Assembly: GCA_039925165.1 (NCBI GenBank)
Contig: JBDSZM010000035.1
Coordinates: forward strand, 1 to 35,367
Direction: 5' to 3'
From: Burkholderiaceae bacterium
GTDB lineage: Bacteria; Pseudomonadota; Gammaproteobacteria; Burkholderiales; Burkholderiaceae_C
DNA length: 35,367 nt
Shown here: positions 26,764 to 33,804 of the stretch, piece after piece
Layout: every line of letters begins with the position of its first letter
Position numbering within the stretch: the stretch's first letter is position 1
Notes under the pieces: generated by a model
The model's input: the letters and a program-made list of their open reading frames with translations, nothing else
Told to the model about the DNA's origin: nothing
Database searches by the model: none
Translations under genes and position numbers: made by a program

Positions 26764-28083
26764 TCACTTCTGCCCGACATAACCTGCGGCGTCTCCAAAG
26801 CGTTCGACCATCACGTCGGCCAGCTTCGTGTCTCCGGCAGCGACCCAGCCGCCCGAACGCAGCGCATAGCGCTCAGGGTGTTCGGCGCCCAGTGGCGCGG
26901 TGCCGTCGCGTTCCAGCGCCCGGGCGCAACCCAGCAGCAACTGCCGTGTCTTGACGACACCGATGTCGGTGGCGAAAAGGTGCTCGCGGCTGCGGTCGAC
27001 GATGGGACCCTGTCCGTCCTGGACGGCTGCGTCCTGCTCCGACACCCCATGGATGCCGGTAAAGCTGCTGTGCTTCTGCACCGTTCGATCGAGCCCGTAT
27101 TCGTTGCCTTTCGTGCGCAGCGGGACGTAGTGTTCGTCGACCTCGGCGTGCACGGTATGGCCGTGGCGGCAGGCTTCGCGCTCGGCTTCCGTCAGCGGCC
27201 TGTCGGGGTTCCAGGTGTAGGTGTAGATCCAGCAGTTCTCGTCGCTGAAGGGCACCCAGGTCTGGCCGTGGTAGTTCTCACCGGGGAAGGCGCTGGGCAC
27301 CAGTGCGTGGTTGGGCATCAGGAACTGCGCAATGCGCCAGTAGCGCTCTTCGTCGTCGGCGCGGCGCGCGCCGCCGATCGTCAGCCCCACGTCGGTGGCA
27401 TTTACCTCGAAACGCGGCATGGGGTCGTCGCGCACCCAGCGGATGCGGTCGTTGCGTTGGCCCTGTGCGCCGATCGCGGCATGGCTGAGCAGCTTCAATG
27501 CGGCTTCGCTGTCCTGCTCCAGCACCATGTGCAGGAACGAGAAATGCGCCGTGTCGATGGCGCCTTCCACGCATTGCATCCAGTTGCAGTCCTGCCACTT
27601 TTTGGACACGTAGCGGTGCGACTCCGGCACCTGTGCGAACTCCATCTGCGGCAGTTCCCGCACCTGGTCGGCCGGCCCCATCCAGGCCCACACGATGCCG
27701 CCCCATTCGCGCGTCGGGTAGGCCTTGATGCGCATGCGGTCCTTGTTGGTGCCCGCCGGCGCGATTGGAATGTCCACGCAATGCCCGTTGACGTCGAACT
27801 TCAGCCCGTGAAAGACGCAGCGCAAGCCGCATTGTTCGTTGCGGCCCAGGTAGAGATCTGCGCCGCGGTGCGGACACACCGGGTCGACCAGGCCCACACG
27901 GCCGTCGGTGTCGCGGAACGCCAGCAGCTTTTCACCCAGCAGCTGCAAGCGCTTGGGCGGGCCGTCCGGCTCGGCCACTTCGGCCGACAGCAACGCGGGC
28001 ATCCAGTAGCAGCGGAATAGCTTGCCCATCGGCGTGTGTTCGCCGGTCCGGGTCAGCGCTTCGTTGTCTTCGCGGCTCAGCAT
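26764..28083 (-). CDS. Rieske [2Fe-2S] oxygenase, phthalate-dioxygenase family (alpha-only type)
   Basis: 439 aa. N-terminus LTRTGEHTPMGKLFRCYWMPALLSAEV, Rieske motif CPHRGADLYLGRNEQCGLRCVFHGLKFD, NWMQCVEGAIDTAHFSFLH, and C-terminal GVSEQDAAVQDGQGPIVDRSREHL. No adjacent beta subunit. Confidence 0.9.
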   Translation of the reverse strand: MLSREDNEALTRTGEHTPMGKLFRCYWMPALLSAEVAEPDGPPKRLQLLGEKLLAFRDTDGRVGLVDPVCPHRGADLYLGRNEQCGLRCVFHGLKFDVNGHCVDIPIAPAGTNKDRMRIKAYPTREWGGIVWAWMGPADQVRELPQMEFAQVPESHRYVSKKWQDCNWMQCVEGAIDTAHFSFLHMVLEQDSEAALKLLSHAAIGAQGQRNDRIRWVRDDPMPRFEVNATDVGLTIGGARRADDEERYWRIAQFLMPNHALVPSAFPGENYHGQTWVPFSDENCWIYTYTWNPDRPLTEAEREACRHGHTVHAEVDEHYVPLRTKGNEYGLDRTVQKHSSFTGIHGVSEQDAAVQDGQGPIVDRSREHLFATDIGVVKTRQLLLGCARALERDGTAPLGAEHPERYALRSGGWVAAGDTKLADVMVERFGDAAGYVGQK

Positions 28084-28264
28084 GAAATTCTCATTGGCTT
28101 GTGTCCTTCACGACGAGGCGCGTTGCACAGAGTGGTAGCCGTGCCCGATTCCGGGTTGGGCCCATGCGCCTGGTTCAAACCGAAGGATCGGCCAACACCC
28201 GCTCGGCGCGAAGCGGCGGGTAGGATGTGCAGAAATATGTTCGACTATGCAGAATCGGATCGCC
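28084..28264. promoter_or_regulatory. divergent control region between the oxygenase operon and the IclR gene, with a candidate IclR operator
   Basis: Direct repeat TGCAGAA at 28228-28234 and 28248-28254, 20 bp apart, flanking atatgttcgacta. The TGTTCGA core recalls PcaR/PcaU-type IclR boxes as I remember them. The second repeat overlaps the first ATG (28247) of the IclR ORF. Confidence 0.4.
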
Positions 28265-29071
28265 ATGCCTGACCACCACGCGTTGCACGAAGCCAGCCCA
28301 GACAGCCAGAGCAACGACCGCCAGTTCGCAACCACGCTGGCCCGCGGGCTGAATATTCTTCGGTGCTTCACGCCGGACGAGCCGACGCTGGCCAACGGCG
28401 AACTGGCCGCACTGACCGGCTTGTCGAAGGCGACGATTTCGCGCTTCACGTACACATTGACGATGCTGGGCTACCTGAAGCTGGAACCGCGCACACGGCG
28501 CTACCGACTGGGCTCGGCGGTGCTGTCGCTCGGCTACCCGATGCTGGCGACGATCGGCGCCCGGCAGGCCGCCCGGCCCTTGATGAGCGACCTTGCGGAC
28601 TATGCGCAGGGCTCCGTGTCCCTGGGAATCCGGGACCGTTTGGACATCGTGTACATCGAAACCAGCCGCAGCCGCTTCGTGTTTTCCTCACGCATGGCCG
28701 ACATCGGCATGTCCCATCCGATTATTGCTTCGGCGATCGGGCGGGCCTATCTGTGCGCCTGCACGCCGGAAGAACAGCGCGCTCTGCTGAACGAAATTCG
28801 CGTCAAGACACCCGAACAGTGGGCCCGCCATGCACATGCCGCACAACAGAGCCTGGCGTCTTTCGCCGAACTGCGCTTTTGTGTGTCCTACGGCGACTTG
28901 CGTCGGGAGACCCATGCAGTGGCAGTGCCTCTGCGTCGGTCTTCGAATGCCGAAATCGTCGTGGTCAACTGCGTGGTCCAGTCATTCCAGATGAAACCGG
29001 GGCAACTAGTGGGGGATCTCGGCCCGCGCCTGGCGGCGATGGCTCGAACCCTGGAATACGGCTCGACATGA
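28247..29071 (+). CDS. IclR-family transcriptional regulator
   Basis: 274 aa. TTLARGLNILRCF..ELAALTGLSKATISRFTYTLTMLGYL (wHTH), then an IclR effector domain. Alternative start at ATG 28265. Confidence 0.92.
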   Translation: MQNRIAMPDHHALHEASPDSQSNDRQFATTLARGLNILRCFTPDEPTLANGELAALTGLSKATISRFTYTLTMLGYLKLEPRTRRYRLGSAVLSLGYPMLATIGARQAARPLMSDLADYAQGSVSLGIRDRLDIVYIETSRSRFVFSSRMADIGMSHPIIASAIGRAYLCACTPEEQRALLNEIRVKTPEQWARHAHAAQQSLASFAELRFCVSYGDLRRETHAVAVPLRRSSNAEIVVVNCVVQSFQMKPGQLVGDLGPRLAAMARTLEYGST

Positions 29072-29236
29072 ACGCGCGATGCAGCCCCCGGCTTTCTGGC
29101 GAATGGCATTGAACCCAGTCGCAGCTGCCGGCAGTTCCTACAGAGGCGTTGCGACAGAGCTGCCAGGTGGGAGCAGCGTGGCGGCACGCGCCACAAACAA
29201 GCCAGGCTGAGAGCTGTCAGCGCAGCGTCGAACACC

Positions 29237-29482
29237 TTGCGCTGGGTCGCTCGGCGCCGATGGGCACAGGTGGCCATCGTCTGGGAGGACGGCATCGGCA
29301 GCGTCGGCACGCTGCGCTACGGCGAATTGCAAACGCAAGCCGACCGCCTGAACCACGCACTGCGCCGGCTGGGTTTGCAGCGCGGGCAGCGGGTGGCGGT
29401 GGTGATGCCGCAGCGCCCGGAGACGGCCATCGCCCACATGGCGCTGTACCAGTTGGGCGCAGTGGCGATACCGCTGTCGATT
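29237..29482 (+). pseudogene. N-terminal fragment of an AMP-dependent acyl-CoA synthetase/ligase
   Basis: ..VAIVWEDGIGSVGTLRYGELQTQADRLNHALRRLGLQRGQRVAVVMPQRPETAIAHMALYQLGAVAIPLS is a typical adenylate-forming-enzyme N-terminus. Similarity stops abruptly at about 29482, and the AMP-binding core is absent. Confidence 0.65.
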
Positions 29483-29770
29483 CGCCCACCTTGGTCGCCA
29501 CGTGCCGCTTGGGCGCGGCCGGGCGCGGGGCGGCGGCTTCACGGTCCTGGGCTTCATGAAAGTTGGCTTAGCTGCAGTGGCCTTGGTGGCCGCTGCCCTG
29601 CGCCGGGGCGCCACTTCCGCCGCCGCCTCGGCCCGCGCCGCCAGCGCCAGCTTGCGCACGCGCCGGATGTCGGCCTCGGTGATGATGCGGTCGGCGCCCG
29701 AGATCGCGGCCTGCTTCATGCCGTGCTTCTTCAGTCCCAGCTGGTAGATCTCGCCCACCTTCTCCCATTG

Positions 29771-30022
29771 GTGCTGGACATCATGAAGGCCAAGCCCGGC
29801 TGCGTCATCACCGACGTGGCGCGGCCGCTGGACCTGCCGGCCGATGAAGTGGCCAAGCGGCCCGACGTGCTGGTCATCGAGTCGGGCGAAATCCAGCCAA
29901 CCGGCAAGGTGAAGGTGAAGAACATCGGGCTGCCGCCCGGTGTGGTCTGCGCCTGCCTGGCCAAGACCATCGTGCTGGTGCTGGAAGGCCGCTTCGAGAA
30001 CGACACCATCGGCCGCGCCATC
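29771..30022 (+). pseudogene. C-terminal fragment of an NAD(P)-dependent oxidoreductase (acyl-ACP-reductase / shikimate-dehydrogenase-like family)
   Basis: ..VLDIMKAKPGCVITDVARPLDLPADEVAKRPDVLVIESGEIQPTGKVKVKNIGLPPGVVCACLAKTIVLVLEGRFENDTIGRAI resembles the ..CDVARP..DVLVI.GG...P......G.P.G..FAC.AET..L.LEGR.E.FS.GR.. C-terminus that I recall for this family. There is no N-terminal Rossmann part. Confidence 0.4.
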
Positions 30023-30204
30023 GGTTGCGGCAGAGAAGAAGGCGGCACCGGCGCAAGGCCGTGGCGGCGAAGAAGACGGCACCCCCCGCCAAGGCCGCGC
30101 CGCGCGAGCGCAGCGCGCCACCGGGTTGATCGTTAGGCACCGTCGGCAGGCGCTGCCCGCACTGAGGGCCGGGCGCTTGCCGACGGCGTCTCGCTGGGCG
30201 ACAC

Positions 30205-31188
30205 TTACTTCGCGTTGTCCGACCAGGGCTTGGCTTTCCACAACGTGTTGAACTCGGCCGTGGCCTTGTCCAGGCGGGTCTTCCAGGCGGCGCCTTCCAG
30301 GTAATCCATCTCGGTGAACTGCAGCGTCATCTGCTTCTGGAACTCGGGGTCGGCCGCCACGGCTCGCAGGGCCTCGGTCAGGCGGCGCTGCACGTCGGCA
30401 GGCAGGCCCACCGGCGCCACGATGCCGCGCTCGGAGCTGAACACCAGGTTCACGCCCTGCTCGGTGAAGTCGGGCACATCGGGTGCCAGCTTCGAGCGCC
30501 CGGCGCTGGCCTGCGCCAGCACGTGCATCTTGTTGCCCATAGGCATGACTTCACCCAGGTTCATGCCGGCGATGACGATGTGGCCGCCCAACACCGCGTT
30601 GCGCAGCGGGCCGGCGCCGTTGAAGGGCACGTGGTTCAGTTGCGTGCCGGTCAGGCGTTCGAACAGCACCATCGCCAGGTGGTCGTCGGTGCCGGTGCCG
30701 GTGGATCCGTAGCTGAGCTGGCCCGGGTTGGCCTTGGCATCGGCAACCAGATCGGCCAGCTTCTTGTACTTGCTGCTGGGCAGCACGCTGAAGGCGCTGG
30801 GATCTCGCACCAGGTTGGCGATGTAGACGAAGTCGCTGCCCTTGAACTGGGTGCGGCGCTCGATGGGCAGGGTCACCAGGCCAGGCATGTTGGTCATGCC
30901 CAGCACGTAGCCGTCAGGCGCCGCCTTGGCGACATAGCTCAGGCCCAGTTCGCCCGATGCGCCGGGCTTGTTGACCACCACCACCGAGGTACCCAGTTGC
31001 TTGCCCAGGAAAACGCCCAGGCTGCGCGCCGTGATGTCGGTGCCGCCACCAGGGGCGAAGCCGACCACGATTTCGATCGGGCGTTCGGGCCATGCGGCCA
31101 GGGCCGGCGCGCTGGCCAGCGTGAGCGCGCCCAGCGCGAGGACAAGGCTGCGGCGTGTGCCGGAAAGCAGCTTCGAATGGCGGTTCAT
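30205..31188 (-). CDS. Bug-family (TctC-like) periplasmic solute-binding protein
   Basis: 327 aa from the internal ATG 31188, with an AGGAGA RBS. Signal MNRHSKLLSGTRRSLVLALGALTLASAPALAA, then WPERPIEIVVGFAPGGGTD, NKPGASGELG and FNGAGPLRNAVLGGHIVIAG. Confidence 0.9.
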   Translation of the reverse strand: MNRHSKLLSGTRRSLVLALGALTLASAPALAAWPERPIEIVVGFAPGGGTDITARSLGVFLGKQLGTSVVVVNKPGASGELGLSYVAKAAPDGYVLGMTNMPGLVTLPIERRTQFKGSDFVYIANLVRDPSAFSVLPSSKYKKLADLVADAKANPGQLSYGSTGTGTDDHLAMVLFERLTGTQLNHVPFNGAGPLRNAVLGGHIVIAGMNLGEVMPMGNKMHVLAQASAGRSKLAPDVPDFTEQGVNLVFSSERGIVAPVGLPADVQRRLTEALRAVAADPEFQKQMTLQFTEMDYLEGAAWKTRLDKATAEFNTLWKAKPWSDNAK

Positions 31189-31223
31189 GTTGTCTCCTGT
31201 TGAATCTAGGGTTGTCGCGGGAA

Positions 31224-32123
31224 TCATTTGGCGCGGGCCGGCACGGTGGGGCATCCCCAATCAACCCAGAGTTTGGCCACGGCGGCGTAGTCGTCGCGGC
31301 CGTAGCCTGCGGCGGCGGCCATGTCGTACACGCTGTGCGAGCCCTGGATAGCGAACAGCGGCACGCCCAGGGTCTGCGCAAGTTGCAGCGCCAGCACCGA
31401 GTCCTTGCGCGCCGCGTCCAGCGGCATGCCGCCGGCGTAGTCACCTTGCACGATGCGTTCGGCATACCGGTAGGTCAGCGGGCGATGCAGGCCCATGTGC
31501 TTGTCGGACAGCAGCGCGATGAGCTTGTCGCAGCTCACGCCACTGGCTGTGGCCAGCGCGCCGGCTTCGGCGACGACGACCATCACCGCATGCGCGACCG
31601 CGTTGTTGATGACCTTGGCGGCCGCGCCCGCGCCGCTGGCGCCGAAGTAGATCTGCTTGGCGGCGATGGCGTCCAGCACGGGCTGGGCACGGCGGATCGC
31701 TTCGGGTGACCCGCCCAGGGCCAAGGACGCGCTGCCCGCGGCCATCTGGCTCACGCCGGCCATGATCGACGTGTCGACGAGGTCGATGCCGTAGGGCGCC
31801 AGCACGCGTTGCGCGGCGTGGATGTGCTCGGGGTTCACGGTGCTGGTTTCCAGCACCACGCTGCCCTCGGGCAGGTGCGGCGCGATCTGCGCGAGCACGG
31901 CTTGCGAGATGGCCGGGTTGGGCAGGCACAGCACGACGACGTGGGTGTCGATGAGGTCGGCGGGCGCTTCGATGCGCGTCGCGCCAAAGTCGGCGCTGGC
32001 GCGCTGCAGGGCGCCTTCATCCGGGTCGAAGACCTGGGTCGGGAACTGGCTGGCAATGCGCTGGGCCAGCGGAAAGCCCATGTTGCCGAGACCGTAGATG
32101 GCGACTCTTTTCGGTTTGCTCAT
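31224..32123 (-). CDS. NAD(P)-dependent oxidoreductase of the 3-hydroxyisobutyrate / tartronate-semialdehyde reductase (beta-hydroxyacid dehydrogenase) family
   Basis: 299 aa. N-terminal dinucleotide fold RVAIYGLGNMGFPLAQRI, ..VLETSTV.P.., GASGAGAAAKVINN, and the C-terminal 6PGDH-like helical domain. Confidence 0.88.
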   Translation of the reverse strand: MSKPKRVAIYGLGNMGFPLAQRIASQFPTQVFDPDEGALQRASADFGATRIEAPADLIDTHVVVLCLPNPAISQAVLAQIAPHLPEGSVVLETSTVNPEHIHAAQRVLAPYGIDLVDTSIMAGVSQMAAGSASLALGGSPEAIRRAQPVLDAIAAKQIYFGASGAGAAAKVINNAVAHAVMVVVAEAGALATASGVSCDKLIALLSDKHMGLHRPLTYRYAERIVQGDYAGGMPLDAARKDSVLALQLAQTLGVPLFAIQGSHSVYDMAAAAGYGRDDYAAVAKLWVDWGCPTVPARAK

Positions 32124-32207
32124 GGTGTTTCCTGAGTGCGGGTGGGCTTTGCAAAGCCGGGCGCGGACGGCGCCGCCGATGGCGCGCGGGCCGCGTCCGG
32201 TGGTGGG

Positions 32208-33644
32208 CTACTTGGCGACGGCCAGGGGCTGCTCGTGCAGGCCGAAGTACAGGCTCTTGACCTGCGCGTACATGCGCAGCCCGTCGATGCCCTTTTCGCG
32301 GCCGATGCCGCTGCTCTTGAAGCCGCCGAACGGCGTGCTGACGACTGACTGCTTGTAGGTGTTGATCCACACCGAGCCGGCCTCCAGCGCGCGGCCGATG
32401 CGCCAGGCGCGCTTGAAGCTCTCGGTCCAGATGCCGCAGGCCAGACCGAACGCGGTGCCGTTGGCCTGCGCGATCAGGTCGGCTTCATCGGTGAAGGGCA
32501 GCACCACCAGCACCGGGCCGAAGGCCTCTTCCTGGCACGACAGGGCTTGCGGCGCCAGGCCGTCGATCACCGTGGGCAGGTAGAAAGCGCCCCGGTCGTA
32601 GACGCCGCCCGTGGGCGCTGCGCCACCGCACAGCACGCGGCCGCCTTCGGCGCGTGCGCGGTCGACGAACGCGGCCACGCGTGCGCGGTGGTGGAACGAA
32701 GCCAGCGGGCCCACCTCCACCCCGTCGGCATCGGGCAGATCCACGCGCAGGCTGCGGGCCCGCGCCACCACGGCGGTCAACACCTGGTCGTAGATGCCGG
32801 ACTCGATGAACAGACGCGAGCCGGCGACGCAGGATTGACCGGCAGAGCCGAAGATGCCCGCCACCACGGCGGCCACGGCGTGTTCCAAGTTGGCATCGGC
32901 GAACACCACATGGGGCGACTTGCCGCCCAGTTCCAGCGCCGCAGGCACAAGCCGATCACCCGCCACGCGGGCGATGGCGCGGCCCGAAGCGGTGCCGCCA
33001 GTGAACGAGATCATGCGCACGCCGGGGTGGGCCACCAGGGCTGCGCCGACGTCGGCGCCGCGCCCCTGCACCACCTGAAGCAGGTCCTTGGGCAGGCCGG
33101 CGGCCAGCGCGATGCGGGCCAACTCGGGTGCCAGCAGCGGCGAGTCTTCCGAAGGCTTGAGCAGCACCGCATTGCCGGCCGCCAGCGCGGGGGCGACCTT
33201 GGTGGCGTCGTTCATGATGGGTGAATTCCACGGCGTGATCGCAGCCACCACGCCGAACGGTTCCAGCACCGTCATCGACACGTAGTCGCCGCGCGAGGGC
33301 GTGACCTCGCCTTCGATGGTTTCGCACACACCGGCGTAGTAGCGGAAGGTGCCGACGGCCGAGTCCACCATGCCACGGCATTCGCCCAGCGGCTTGCCGT
33401 TGTCCTGCATCTGCAACCGCGCAAGCGATTCCTTTTCGGCCAGCAGACCGTCGGCGACGGCATGCAGCACCAGCGCGCGCTTGTGCGGCAGCATCGACTT
33501 CCAGCCGGAGTGCGTGAACGCCTGCCAGGCACGCCCGACCATGGCGTCCAGTTCGGCAAGTGAGGTCACCGCGACGCGGGCAATTTCAGCGCCCGTGGCG
33601 GGGTTGGTGCTGACGATTTCCTGGGCGGTGCCGGACGGAGTCAT
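32208..33644 (-). CDS. NAD(P)+-dependent aldehyde dehydrogenase
   Basis: About 478 aa. VSTNPATG, FTGGTASGRAI, ELGGKSP, and catalytic Cys context GQSCVAGSRLF. ATG 33644 is preferred; the ORF-track start 33662 is a TTG. Confidence 0.92.
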   Translation of the reverse strand: MTPSGTAQEIVSTNPATGAEIARVAVTSLAELDAMVGRAWQAFTHSGWKSMLPHKRALVLHAVADGLLAEKESLARLQMQDNGKPLGECRGMVDSAVGTFRYYAGVCETIEGEVTPSRGDYVSMTVLEPFGVVAAITPWNSPIMNDATKVAPALAAGNAVLLKPSEDSPLLAPELARIALAAGLPKDLLQVVQGRGADVGAALVAHPGVRMISFTGGTASGRAIARVAGDRLVPAALELGGKSPHVVFADANLEHAVAAVVAGIFGSAGQSCVAGSRLFIESGIYDQVLTAVVARARSLRVDLPDADGVEVGPLASFHHRARVAAFVDRARAEGGRVLCGGAAPTGGVYDRGAFYLPTVIDGLAPQALSCQEEAFGPVLVVLPFTDEADLIAQANGTAFGLACGIWTESFKRAWRIGRALEAGSVWINTYKQSVVSTPFGGFKSSGIGREKGIDGLRMYAQVKSLYFGLHEQPLAVAK

Positions 33645-33662
33645 GAAGGGTCCTGGGGTCAA

Positions 33663-33804
33663 AAGTGTGCGGCAGTCTAGGCAGCACCTTGACGAATCGC
33701 AACGAGCACGTTGTCGCCAAGATCGGCGATAGAACTATCGATAAGGCTAGGGTCGGCAGAGGCCGCCGCAGGCCAGCGCGCACAATTCAGCCGCCGCCCA
33801 TTCC
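33663..33804. promoter_or_regulatory. divergent control region between the aldehyde-dehydrogenase operon and the GntR gene, with palindromic candidate operator
   Basis: CGATAG-aa-CTATCG (33727-33740) overlaps the perfect 8-bp palindrome TATCGATA (33736-33743). It lies about 60 bp upstream of the GntR start. Confidence 0.45.

Noticed and set aside
24946-28020. Two long plus-strand ORFs (24946..26307, 453 aa; 26434..28020, 528 aa)
   Set aside because: They are antisense to the E1 alpha, HpcH aldolase and phthalate-family oxygenase genes. They have low-complexity products and are shadow ORFs.
29138-30241. 367-aa minus-strand ORF across the fragment patch
   Set aside because: It overlaps two plus-strand fragments that have clear family resemblance. 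Only a ~80-aa internal piece looks protein-like. It also runs into the 3' end of the Bug gene region. It is treated as a chance fusion of frames.
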